Source of the DNA: an uncultured virus (IMG/VR IMGVR_UViG_3300032291_003671)
Taxonomy: Duplodnaviria; Heunggongvirae; Uroviricota; Caudoviricetes
Length of the DNA stretch: 64,000 nt
IMG/VR virus record: IMGVR_UViG_3300032291_003671
Reading direction: 5' to 3' (one strand)
Shown: positions 29,046 through 38,370 of the stretch, piece by piece
Numbering within the stretch: position 1 is the first letter of the stretch
Layout: every line of letters begins with the position of its first letter
The notes under the pieces: generated by a model
Seen by the model: only the letters and a program-made list of their open reading frames with translations
Databases searched by the model: none
What the model was told of the DNA's origin: nothing
Position numbers and translations under genes: made by a program

Positions 29046-29438
29046 TTACTTAATCTCAAAATCCAATTCCAATGGAACACCATAATACCCCATGTCAATA
29101 TTAAAGAATGAATTAAGGTCATTCCATATTTCATTTTTTATTGACATCAATTTCCAATAGGGAAAATAGTTCAAATGAAACTCCAAAACAATCTTGGTAC
29201 CTGAATACATTTCATTTCCATATAGAGTCTCTTTCTCCCCAACAGTAATATCTATAAGTTTATCCCCAAGTTTATTCTCAAAGAATATAATTATTTTTGG
29301 TAATAGTCTTTCAATCTGTTTCTTATACTTCTCAATAAAGTCAATTCTCTCCTCTCTTGAAAAGTTATTGAACTTAATCACCCACTCAGGTGTTTTAGAT
29401 TGACCTTCCATTAATGATTTACGAATTAATTTTCTCAT
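29046..29438 (-). CDS. Hypothetical protein with IRxxLME leader
   Basis: TATTTAT at 29444; paralog of 28341. Confidence 0.8.
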   Translation of the reverse strand: MRKLIRKSLMEGQSKTPEWVIKFNNFSREERIDFIEKYKKQIERLLPKIIIFFENKLGDKLIDITVGEKETLYGNEMYSGTKIVLEFHLNYFPYWKLMSIKNEIWNDLNSFFNIDMGYYGVPLELDFEIK

Positions 29439-29467
29439 TATACATAAATACTATTGGTATCCAAAAT

Positions 29468-29884
29468 TTACCCCCATACTTTATATAATATGGCTACATT
29501 ACCCTTCAATACTTCTTCCACACCAATAATAGTAAAACCTTTAGAACTTACAGGTGTAACTACCTTGGAATTCAATACCTCTTCCACCCAACAACCGCCT
29601 ATTCTATTTATGGAAATTGGTGTAACTACCTTGGAATTCAATACCTCTTCCACCCAATCACTAATAATCTGTTCATACTCATCCATTTGCATTGAAAATA
29701 AATTAAAAAAATCTCCAAAAAATGGATACCTCCAATATAACTTACCTCCATTCTGATATTCTAAATACCAAAACTTTTTATCTCTATCAATAAACCAAAT
29801 GGAATCATCACGTTGAATCATTTCAACACCTGATAAGTCCTCATATAGTTTCTTAAAAATTATCTTCTTTAACCTTTTATCCAT
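29468..29884 (-). CDS. Hypothetical protein with 22-aa constant-plus-variable C-terminal repeats
   Basis: WVEEVLNSKVVTP twice plus a degenerate third; promoter motif at 29906. Confidence 0.85.
   Translation of the reverse strand: MDKRLKKIIFKKLYEDLSGVEMIQRDDSIWFIDRDKKFWYLEYQNGGKLYWRYPFFGDFFNLFSMQMDEYEQIISDWVEEVLNSKVVTPISINRIGGCWVEEVLNSKVVTPVSSKGFTIIGVEEVLKGNVAILYKVWG
29553..29657. repeat. Two identical 39-bp direct repeats with a 27-bp spacer (coding)
   Basis: GGTGTAACTACCTTGGAATTCAATACCTCTTCCACCCAA at 29553-29591 and 29619-29657. Confidence 0.95.
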
Positions 29885-29936
29885 TACCATTTTATTTAAT
29901 ACTAACAAAGATACAAATAATATTTCACAATCTAAA

Positions 29937-29993
29937 AAAAAAGGGCTGGGATTAAACCGACCGAAGGGAGTTCGGACGTAGCGGTATACGAAT
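29937..29993. repeat. Dispersed ~55-bp GC-rich repeat, copy 2
   Basis: AAAAAAGGGCTGGGATTAAACCGACCGAAGGGAGTTCGGACGTAGCGGTATACGAAT. Confidence 0.9.
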
Positions 29994-30105
29994 TATTTTA
30001 TGAACACCACGATTACCCCCATATTCTTTTCTCTTCTCATAATTATAATAATCAATCGTAAAACTTAATGTTTTAACATCAATATCTTTAATAACCAAAT
30101 AATCT

Positions 30106-30423
30106 TTAGTTTCCATATACATTAATAAATTTAATTAAGTCTTTTACTTTATTTAAATTATGTTTATCCCCGAACCAATTTCTGACAAAACGCATGGTAT
30201 CATAATCGTCTGTTGAAAATAAATCGGACAACAGTTTGTTTAATGGATTACCCTTATAAATGACCATTTCACCATCTAAATGAGAAACTGTGAAAGAAAT
30301 TATAATAGTTTTATTTTTCTTTGAACAAAGGTTATAAGTATAATTTTTTTTATTTGAAGTTTTGATACAAACAACCTCATCCCCCAAATATTCATCCAAG
30401 AATTTGTTTATCATTTTTTCCAT
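30106..30423 (-). CDS. Hypothetical protein
   Basis: Start MEKMINK downstream of the promoter motif at 30428. Confidence 0.7.
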   Translation of the reverse strand: MEKMINKFLDEYLGDEVVCIKTSNKKNYTYNLCSKKNKTIIISFTVSHLDGEMVIYKGNPLNKLLSDLFSTDDYDTMRFVRNWFGDKHNLNKVKDLIKFINVYGN

Positions 30424-30547
30424 AAGACAAATATACAAATTTCCACAAAATTTTCCAAAAATTTTTTTTGAGTATTAGGGGTCTAATTGAAAAGGGGGGG
30501 TCTTACTTACAGAAAATAAAAAACCCCTCTATTGGGAGGGGTTCATA

Positions 30548-30865
30548 TTAAATAATATCTGTTACATTGAGACCATAGTTATCATTAACATATCTGGCCA
30601 TTGCAGTATTAAAATCACTTGGGGTCATACTGAACAAACCCCATTTACCCCTAAAATATTGGCCGTTTGAATACCACTTTTTATCTTCCTTACCTACAGG
30701 GTTTCCAATTAATAAGATGGGTCCCTCATCAGTATCTTTAATTATACCTGACCACTTATCTCCATACGAACTTTTAAACTCACCAAATTTGGAACCATAA
30801 AAACTTTCGTCCCAAAAGGGTTTTAATAACTTATCAATCTGTGTAGAATTAAGAACATACTTCAT
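30548..30865 (-). CDS. Hypothetical protein with a variant leader
   Basis: MKYVLNSTQIDKLL; TATTTAT at 30870. Confidence 0.75.
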   Translation of the reverse strand: MKYVLNSTQIDKLLKPFWDESFYGSKFGEFKSSYGDKWSGIIKDTDEGPILLIGNPVGKEDKKWYSNGQYFRGKWGLFSMTPSDFNTAMARYVNDNYGLNVTDII

Positions 30866-30886
30866 GATTATAAATATATTAAAATG

Positions 30887-31456
30887 TTATGCAAAATCTT
30901 CTTTTGAATTGGATTGACTTTGGACACTAGCAAAATCTACAGGTTTAGAATTACTTGATTTACAAAACATAGGTAATATTGTTTTAACAAATTTATCGTT
31001 ATAATAAAGTTTTTCCCCTATTTTTTCTCTAAAAGAACCATCATAGGTGTTAAAACCTTCAGTATCACCTCTTTCAGAACTACGTTTAATTTCTTCTAAT
31101 GATGGTCGTACATAGGTTAATTGAATTGGGGGTATTTCATTTGTTCTAACACAATTAACTTTATAACAAAGTTCTTTATATTGGTCTCTAAAAATACGAT
31201 TACCTGTTGACCAATCAGGATGGTCTCCCGTTAATCTTACACGTTCTAATCCTGGAACTTTTATTTGAATTATATCCCCTGTTTTATCACGTTCAAGTTC
31301 AATATTTTTAATAGTAATTGTTTGATAAAGTTGGGTTTGTTTTTTGTCCTTATATAAATTTACAGTTTTACCAACCAAATTATTTTGTTGTTCATTCAAA
31401 ACCTTCTTAACCAAGTTAACCAAATCAGACTCAGTTAATCTTACTACCTTTTTCAT
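30887..31456 (-). CDS. Hypothetical protein with LTE leader
   Basis: MKKVVRLTESDLVNLVKKVLNEQ. Confidence 0.8.
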   Translation of the reverse strand: MKKVVRLTESDLVNLVKKVLNEQQNNLVGKTVNLYKDKKQTQLYQTITIKNIELERDKTGDIIQIKVPGLERVRLTGDHPDWSTGNRIFRDQYKELCYKVNCVRTNEIPPIQLTYVRPSLEEIKRSSERGDTEGFNTYDGSFREKIGEKLYYNDKFVKTILPMFCKSSNSKPVDFASVQSQSNSKEDFA

Positions 31457-31490
31457 AAAATATTATTTAATTATAAATACCAACCATATC

Positions 31491-31547
31491 AAAAAAGGGC
31501 TGGGATTAAACCGACCAAAGGGAGTTCGGACGTAGCGGTATACGAAT
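31491..31547. repeat. Dispersed ~55-bp GC-rich repeat, copy 3
   Basis: Identical to copy 2 except one G>A (CCAAAG). Confidence 0.9.
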
Positions 31548-31612
31548 ATCCCCCTTAATTTATTATTTACATATCCCCCCTTTTTACTATATTATAATTA
31601 AACAATTATACC

Positions 31613-32170
31613 ATGGCATACAGACCTTACATATGGAGAAAAAATAATCCCGAAAAAAGATTAGAACAAAAAAGAAGAGAAAAGGTTAGAAGAACTTTAA
31701 GAGATAAAGGAATACTTCCTTCAGTTGGGGTTGAAATGAATGAACAACAAAAACTAATTGACCAACAAATATCAAATAACGACTTCTCATATTGGGACTC
31801 CATTAAACAAGGACACTTAAAAGGTGGGGGTCGTGATAAACAAACATATGTTAGTGTAAAACCCCCTGAATATCTTATTTGGTATAGAGCAAAAAATAAC
31901 GCCAAAGAATACGGATATGAATTCAACCTTGAAATTGATGATATAGTTATTCCAACTCATTGTCCCTACCTTGGGATTGAATTAAACTTTAACCCCAACA
32001 ATACACATAACCAAGACTATTATTCCATTGATAGAATAGATAGTTCAAAAGGTTATGTCAAAGGAAATATACAAGTCATATCTCGGTTTGCTAACACAAT
32101 GAAAAATAACTCAACAATAGAACAACTCATTACTTTTTCACAAAATGTATTGAAGATACACACACCCTAA
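31613..32170 (+). CDS. HNH-like (His-Me finger) endonuclease
   Basis: HCPYLG...SIDRIDSSKGYVKGNIQVIS..AN..K motif typical of phage homing-type nucleases. Confidence 0.75.
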   Translation: MAYRPYIWRKNNPEKRLEQKRREKVRRTLRDKGILPSVGVEMNEQQKLIDQQISNNDFSYWDSIKQGHLKGGGRDKQTYVSVKPPEYLIWYRAKNNAKEYGYEFNLEIDDIVIPTHCPYLGIELNFNPNNTHNQDYYSIDRIDSSKGYVKGNIQVISRFANTMKNNSTIEQLITFSQNVLKIHTP

Positions 32171-32353
32171 TTCCCACGAATTTTTCCAAAAATTTTTTTT
32201 TAACTATATAGGACCTTTTACAAATAGGGGGTCATGTTTTAGAAAACATATAACCTCCGTCCCTTTAGGGATGGGGGACATAATTTACCCAAAAATTTTA
32301 TTTCCATTACAGACGGGATTGTAGGGGTAAAACTGACATTTTGACATATATAT

Positions 32354-32400
32354 GGGGGGATACCAGGGGGGTAGGGGGGCCCATGTCCCCATACGGGGGG
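32354..32400 (+). other. Four G6 tracts; predicted G-quadruplex-forming sequence
   Basis: G6-ATACCA-G6-TA-G6-CCCATGTCCCCATAC-G6. Confidence 0.7.
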
Positions 32401-32475
32401 TTAGAGGGTAGGCTAATTAACATATGTAACAGGTCCCCCTGCCCTACATAGCACAACAGGTAATTAGATGTTTGT

Positions 32476-32928
32476 TTAATTGTCTATAGGTTCTGTCACA
32501 TATTCAGGTATGACAACATAGCCCCCAACGGCAATCTTCCTACCGTGAAACATCTTCATGGTAGAGGGGATAGCTTTACTGTCATGTACTTCATTTATTA
32601 GTGTGTCAATGGCTTCGGTGATGGGTTTGACCACAGGTTGTTCTTCTTTAAAGTAAATGGATGGGGTGATGACAGGTCCATTAAAATAGTCCTCCCCTTT
32701 CATTATGCTACTCATGATAAACTCACTCGGGGTTAGGTTGTATATCTTGGCCATCTGATAGGGGTCAATGTATATCTCAATAAAGATAAGACCATACCTA
32801 TTGATGTTGTCCTCGTCTATCCTTACATCCTTAATGAAGGGGAACTCTCTTTTTAATGCTTTGACTGTGACCTTATACTCATAATTACTGTATAGTTCCT
32901 CAGGACTGATGTGGATATGATTTGCCAT
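32476..32928 (-). CDS. Hypothetical protein
   Basis: 150 aa; TATTTAT at 32933. Confidence 0.75.
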   Translation of the reverse strand: MANHIHISPEELYSNYEYKVTVKALKREFPFIKDVRIDEDNINRYGLIFIEIYIDPYQMAKIYNLTPSEFIMSSIMKGEDYFNGPVITPSIYFKEEQPVVKPITEAIDTLINEVHDSKAIPSTMKMFHGRKIAVGGYVVIPEYVTEPIDN

Positions 32929-33261
32929 GATAATAAATATATGAAGTTTTGTTTGGGGATGTCAATAATAATCCTTATCTTTGTATTGTTGATTTGGTTG
33001 TAAGACCATCAAAGGGTGGACCTTGTTATTGGGGGCGAGAGAGTGGACGGGACAGCGCTTTATATATTATATAAAGAATAATATTTCCCCATACCTACTG
33101 CTCATATTTTAGGGTATTTGTTGGGCTAATTTTAGACCCCTACATTTGGATATATGATGGGGGTTTATTATCTTTGTGGTATGAGAAAGTTTTTAAAGAT
33201 AGTATTTTTTGGTTATTTGATTACGGGGGTTATTAGCTACTTGACTAAGAAGAAGTAGAGT

Positions 33262-33597
33262 ATGTCAAAGTTAGAAAGGGGTATTATGGAATACCTAACA
33301 CTTCATTATGGTGAGTCCCCTACTGTTGGAACAGGTAAGTATGGTTCTGGGATGTATGACCCAACTACTTTTGAAGCAGTATATAGAACGGGTTATTATT
33401 TAAATGGAGAATTCTTTTGTATGGCATTTGATGGGGAAGTTCACAAATTTAGTCCTGACTTAATGTCAAGATTACATGATTTGTTTAATGTTCAGCCCGA
33501 TTATAGTTATAAGGTCATAACCGATTGGGCTCGTATCCATTGTCCTGATTGTTTAATCCCGAACAAAGTACGGATTACATCCCCGCATCTCGTATGA
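33262..33597 (+). CDS. Hypothetical protein; resembles 35486-36004
   Basis: Shared Y...YGE...NG.FFC...LFN...TDW. Confidence 0.7.
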   Translation: MSKLERGIMEYLTLHYGESPTVGTGKYGSGMYDPTTFEAVYRTGYYLNGEFFCMAFDGEVHKFSPDLMSRLHDLFNVQPDYSYKVITDWARIHCPDCLIPNKVRITSPHLV

Positions 33598-33841
33598 TAT
33601 CCTGACATCTTGCCACAATTTGTTTGGGGGTAATCTTCTGTCCACCCTTTACATATAGTCCTTCCACCTTGGCGTCAATACATGCCCATCCACTCATCCC
33701 CACGGGTTTGTTTATAAACCCCTTCTTTGCCTTCTCGAAGTATAACACCCCTAACTCTAACTGACCATTCATGGCTGTCACCACTATCCTTACTCTGTCT
33801 TCTTCTAAGACATCCATGTTGTATTCTAACTCTATATCCAT
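33575..33841 (-). CDS. Hypothetical protein
   Basis: Start MDIELEY chosen downstream of TATTTAT. Confidence 0.6.
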   Translation of the reverse strand: MDIELEYNMDVLEEDRVRIVVTAMNGQLELGVLYFEKAKKGFINKPVGMSGWACIDAKVEGLYVKGGQKITPKQIVARCQDIIRDAGM

Positions 33842-34824
33842 AGTCATAAATATAGTTGAAGGCAGGGGAATGTCCACACATCACGGAATAGTCATATGTA
33901 AATTGAAAGAACCCCGTGGGTTTTCTTTGATGGTTCTTGGTATAGTACAACACTTGACTATGGGGTCAGTCTGTTGGGATGGGGTTAGGGTACACATAAA
34001 TTGGGGTTAGCCAAATACCTAAATGTTCCCCTGACACTATGACAGGTTAGACATTTGTCTAACTGCTACATATGTAAATTAGCCAAAATTCTAATTAAGT
34101 AGGTGAAGGTCGGACAGGGGACAATCCCCTCGCCTAATTTTAGGGGTATTCGGTCATTATGTCAGTGTGTTGTTTTGGACCCCATTTCCTGTGTGGTTAT
34201 AGTGTAAGGACCATTTTATTCCCCCTGACGCTATCGCTAGACCCATATTTTTACTATATACAATTTCCAGACAATAAAGGAGGAGTGAGTACAGAACGCG
34301 GGGAAACGACTGAAAGGAGTGTTTCATGACTATTCAGTCATGGTTTTAACCCCCTTCAACGGGGAAACCGATTAGGTTTTGTGACCCCCAACGTAGGTGT
34401 GTATCATATCCCCCATAATAGAAGACCTGTCATTTAGTCATCATATGGACTACTAATTATAGGTTTCGAATGTTTACCTTTAGGTTCTTTTATAACCTAT
34501 GTAGTATAGTCCACAATATATCGTGTCATTATATGATATTTCATTTTATCGTTTATTTAAACGATATTCTATTTTATCATCTCATTTAACGATTATTATA
34601 CGACCCCTCATTCTGTCTTGTCATTTGTGGGGGGAAAGATAAAGTGGGGGGACATTTATGTCCCCGACTAATTAAGGTGGGGGAATGTAGAATTAATGAA
34701 CGAATGTAATGGTCGGGAACACGGATGTGTTCCTAACCCGACCATGGAGTGAGAGAGTTATATTCTACATTCATACTCCTAACTATCATTATGTCCGAGG
34801 CGTTAATCCCCTACCCCTTTTTAT

Positions 34825-35094
34825 TTATATAGGAAATTCTAATGTAACCTCTTCATCCCATCCTTGTATTTTATTGCCCTGTTGTAAATTCTTAATCATA
34901 TAGATTGCCTCTGATTCAGTATTGAACACAATTGGGCTATTGGAACAATCCCCCTGATAACATTCAGTTTCTGTTATAGTACTCCATAGTTTCCACCACA
35001 GGAACTTTGTTTGATATTGTACCGTATAATGGTCTTTCTGTTTCTTACCTTTCTCGTAGTAAGTATGTTTAACTACTCTGTATATTTTCTTCAT
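34825..35094 (-). CDS. Hypothetical phage protein
   Basis: YRVV...YTVQY..KFLWWKLW pattern. Confidence 0.7.
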   Translation of the reverse strand: MKKIYRVVKHTYYEKGKKQKDHYTVQYQTKFLWWKLWSTITETECYQGDCSNSPIVFNTESEAIYMIKNLQQGNKIQGWDEEVTLEFPI

Positions 35095-35162
35095 AACATT
35101 AATATAATAAAAATGTTCTATATTACAAAGATTATTTGAAATTAAATGGTTATCTTTATGGT

Positions 35163-35471
35163 ATGAATAGTGAATTGAATATACTGAATAAACACTTTAA
35201 GAAGATGTTCCCCTTTGTTATTAAGGTGGATAATATTACTTTGTTGGAGTACAATGATACATTGCAACTTGATATGTATGTTTCCCCTACTCATTACGCT
35301 GAAATGTCATATGTAAATGTTCATAAGTTAATTAGTAATTATATGCATGAGAAGTGCACCCCTTTAATTAAAACAGTCATTCCTGATTGGAATGGTCGCC
35401 ATCTTTCTTTTAAATTGAATGCTAATGTGGACACTGTAACAATTCTTTATGGGTTAGACTTGACTCTTTAA
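35163..35471 (+). CDS. Hypothetical protein
   Basis: K.FPF(V/I) motif as in 32476-32928. Confidence 0.65.
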   Translation: MNSELNILNKHFKKMFPFVIKVDNITLLEYNDTLQLDMYVSPTHYAEMSYVNVHKLISNYMHEKCTPLIKTVIPDWNGRHLSFKLNANVDTVTILYGLDLTL

Positions 35472-35485
35472 ATAACTATCATTGT

Positions 35486-36004
35486 GTGGCTAGCGTTCAA
35501 ACCCCAACCCCTTTTTTTATGAATATAATGAAACCAATCTTATCGTATTTTAATCACAATTGGGGTAAAAATCTTAATATTCCGTTAGTGCCTTTAGGTC
35601 CATTACATGCAGATAAACTAAATAAACTTATCTTATTATATATTGATAGTAATTACGGGGAAAATATTACCATTTCTAATAGGCGGGAATATAATGTACA
35701 TTCTTTTATGGTAGAAAGAGCATCAAAAGAGTATGATTGTAACGGAAAATTCTTTTGTAGAATTGAAACAAATAGTATTTATTTTGGGAAGAAGCTTAAG
35801 ACAATAGTTTCATTATTTAATATGGAATATTGTGACGCTCACTTTTTATTAACTGATTGGTTCATTCATAAATCAAAGATTATGGACACATCACATTGGG
35901 AAGAAATTGACCGTATACTCCATTCACGAAATATACAAAAAATGATTAGTATTTCCACACCTTGGGAGAAGATTCAGAATTTGTTAAACATTATCCCCTC
36001 ATAA
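35486..36004 (+). CDS. Hypothetical protein (start uncertain)
   Basis: 172-aa ORF followed by a terminator. Confidence 0.6.
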   Translation: MASVQTPTPFFMNIMKPILSYFNHNWGKNLNIPLVPLGPLHADKLNKLILLYIDSNYGENITISNRREYNVHSFMVERASKEYDCNGKFFCRIETNSIYFGKKLKTIVSLFNMEYCDAHFLLTDWFIHKSKIMDTSHWEEIDRILHSRNIQKMISISTPWEKIQNLLNIIPS

Positions 36005-36040
36005 ATAAAAAACCCCCACCTTTATAGTGAGGGTTTATTC

Positions 36041-36181
36041 TTATCCTTGACCACGACTCTTCTTTGCGTAATTCTTAGATGATTTGTTATTAGATGTTTT
36101 TGTTTTTGCGTGAACGCCAGGACGACTTGTCTTACCTTTTACTACTCGTGTTGCTGCTGTTGTTGTTTTTGCCTTAGCCAT
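36041..36181 (-). CDS. Small basic peptide ending in RGQG (46 aa)
   Basis: Manually translated: MAKAKTTTAATRVVKGKTSRPGVHAKTKTSNNKSSKNYAKKSRGQG; promoter motif at 36215. Confidence 0.8.
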   Translation of the reverse strand: MAKAKTTTAATRVVKGKTSRPGVHAKTKTSNNKSSKNYAKKSRGQG

Positions 36182-36302
36182 TGTATGTGTTTTTAAAGGG
36201 TGATTGATTATTCACAAAGATATATATAAATTAATTCTTCTACAAATATTATCTTAATAATTTATTAATCTACATAGTGATGTCTGTATTCTATTTATAA
36301 GA

Positions 36303-37001
36303 ATGATTAAAGACAACTTAACTATTGTAATCCCCTCTAAGAATGAAAGTAAAGTTATAGATAAAACTCTTACTTATCTTAATAAACAACACGATATTAA
36401 AGATACTCGTGTTATTATTGCCGATTGTTCTAAAGACGATACACGCAAGATTATATTATCAGGAAAATATAAAAACTTAAACATTGAGATTATTGAGGGT
36501 GGACTTCCTAGTGTTGGAAGAAATAAAGGAGCCAAACTATCTAACACTGAATATGTTTTATTTATGGATGCTGATATATTCTTAACTCATTCCCATACCG
36601 TTTATGACACTCTTAAATTGTTAAGGAAAAATCGTCTACATCTTGTTACCACTAAATTCAGAGTTAAAGGATTCTATTCTTTTGTTTTTCCCATCTTTGA
36701 ATTTGTTAGAGATTTAGGTATTAACAAATCCCCATGTGCTATTGGTGGTTATATGTTATTTGATTTGGAAAAGTTTAATAAACTTGGTAGATTTAATGAT
36801 GAAGATAAGTTTGCTGAGGACTTCCATCTTAGCATGAAAGTTAAACCATCACGATTCCTTGTGTCCCCTCATAAAATATATACAACAGATAGAAGATTTA
36901 AAAAGAAAGGACTTTGGTATATGCTTAAGTTATCCTTCCTATCTTATGTAAATAAAAACAATCCTGACTTCTTTAAAAATGACCACAATTACTGGGTATA
37001 A
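36303..37001 (+). CDS. Glycosyltransferase family 2
   Basis: IVIPSKNE, IIAD.S.D.T, RNKGA, FMDAD, AED. Confidence 0.9.
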   Translation: MIKDNLTIVIPSKNESKVIDKTLTYLNKQHDIKDTRVIIADCSKDDTRKIILSGKYKNLNIEIIEGGLPSVGRNKGAKLSNTEYVLFMDADIFLTHSHTVYDTLKLLRKNRLHLVTTKFRVKGFYSFVFPIFEFVRDLGINKSPCAIGGYMLFDLEKFNKLGRFNDEDKFAEDFHLSMKVKPSRFLVSPHKIYTTDRRFKKKGLWYMLKLSFLSYVNKNNPDFFKNDHNYWV

Positions 37002-37707
37002 ATGTGTTGTCCTTTCTGATTTACATTTGGGAATGAATGACTGCAAACCTAAACGCATTCTTAATTTTCTTGAGACAATCAAAACTGATTTGTTAATCCT
37101 TAATGGAGATATTATAGATATTGATGCTATGCGTCGTGGTAGCAAGTGGAAAGATAAACATATGAAAGTTCTTATTAAGTTATTGGATATCTCCCGTAAT
37201 ACTGAAGTTATATATATCAGAGGTAATCACGATGATGAAGTAAAAGATTTATATAGTTCTATACTTGGAAACATTAAGTTCATGGATGAATATATCTATG
37301 AAGTTGAAAACAAAAAATATCTTGTATTCCACGGTGATAAAATTGATGTTACAACCAAATATAAATTGCTTACTCAGATTGGCTCCATTGGTTATGATGT
37401 TGCTCTTCGCATTAATACTTGGTATAACAAATATAGAGAATGGACAAACCAACCATACTACAGTATCTCCAAAGTAATTAAAGAAAACTTTAAGAAAGCA
37501 TTATTCTTTATTAATGACTTTGAGGAGAACGCCTGTAATTATGCCAAAACCGTTCATTGTGATGGAGTCATATGCGGACATATACATATCCCATCCATTA
37601 AAGTAATTAATGATATTGAATATTATAATTCAGGTGATTGGGTTGAAAACTTTACAGCTCTTGTTCTTACATCAGACAATGAATGGAAATTAATTCAGAT
37701 GGATTAG
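36979..37707 (+). CDS. LpxH-like metallophosphoesterase (UDP-2,3-diacylglucosamine hydrolase family)
   Basis: SDLHLG, GDIID, GNHD, HGD, GHIH, NSGDW. Confidence 0.88.
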   Translation: MTTITGYKCVVLSDLHLGMNDCKPKRILNFLETIKTDLLILNGDIIDIDAMRRGSKWKDKHMKVLIKLLDISRNTEVIYIRGNHDDEVKDLYSSILGNIKFMDEYIYEVENKKYLVFHGDKIDVTTKYKLLTQIGSIGYDVALRINTWYNKYREWTNQPYYSISKVIKENFKKALFFINDFEENACNYAKTVHCDGVICGHIHIPSIKVINDIEYYNSGDWVENFTALVLTSDNEWKLIQMD

Positions 37708-37731
37708 ATTTCTGTTATCTTATGTACTCCG

Positions 37732-38370
37732 TTATCCATTATCTCTAATGATTTTACAAGGTGAGCCGTATGCCACAACATTATCAGGAATGTCTTTTGT
37801 TACCACAGAGCCCGCACCTATTATAGTATTCTTACCTATCTTTACCTGATGTAATATGTTTGTACCCATACCTATGGTTGTTCCTTCCCCTATGTGTACA
37901 TTGCCCGCAATGTTTGTTCCAGGATTTATTGAACAATAGTCATTGATGACTGTATGATGTCCTATGGAAACATGTCTGTTAATTGATACAAAGTTTCCTA
38001 TGGTTGTGTGTGCGGCGATGGAAACTTTGGAGTTGATTAATACACCACTTCCTATTGTACTCATTTTGGAAATATCCAAACCATTGTGAATTATGTTGAT
38101 AAACTTATCTGTTGTTAGTCCTAAGTTCTTAATAATTTGTTTTTTTAGTTTAGGTTGATAAACTCCGAGCGTGTATACATCATAATCATCTAAATTAATA
38201 TTAGATAATATTTGTATTTTGAAATCATCGTGATGAAATGGATTGGTAATAGGTAAACTTAGGTTATTGTAAACCGTCACCTTTGGTTTGATGTCATTAG
38301 AATATAGATTGTCTAATATCATCGTTACAATATTATCCCCTTTACCTACTATTAATAATTTTGTTTCCAT
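37732..38370 (-). CDS. NeuD/PglD-like sugar acetyltransferase (hexapeptide repeat)
   Basis: Left-handed beta-helix repeats; IGAGSVVTKDIP...GSP. Confidence 0.88.
   Translation of the reverse strand: METKLLIVGKGDNIVTMILDNLYSNDIKPKVTVYNNLSLPITNPFHHDDFKIQILSNINLDDYDVYTLGVYQPKLKKQIIKNLGLTTDKFINIIHNGLDISKMSTIGSGVLINSKVSIAAHTTIGNFVSINRHVSIGHHTVINDYCSINPGTNIAGNVHIGEGTTIGMGTNILHQVKIGKNTIIGAGSVVTKDIPDNVVAYGSPCKIIRDNG

Noticed and set aside
29553..29657. Possible CRISPR mini-array
   Set aside because: Only two exact repeats, period is a multiple of 3, it lies inside a CDS with a paralog, and no cas genes are in the window. Kept as a coding-repeat finding.
33675..34903. ORFs 33675-33953, 33771-34010 and 34709-34903
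   Set aside because: Weak starts, atypical composition and overlap with better ORFs.
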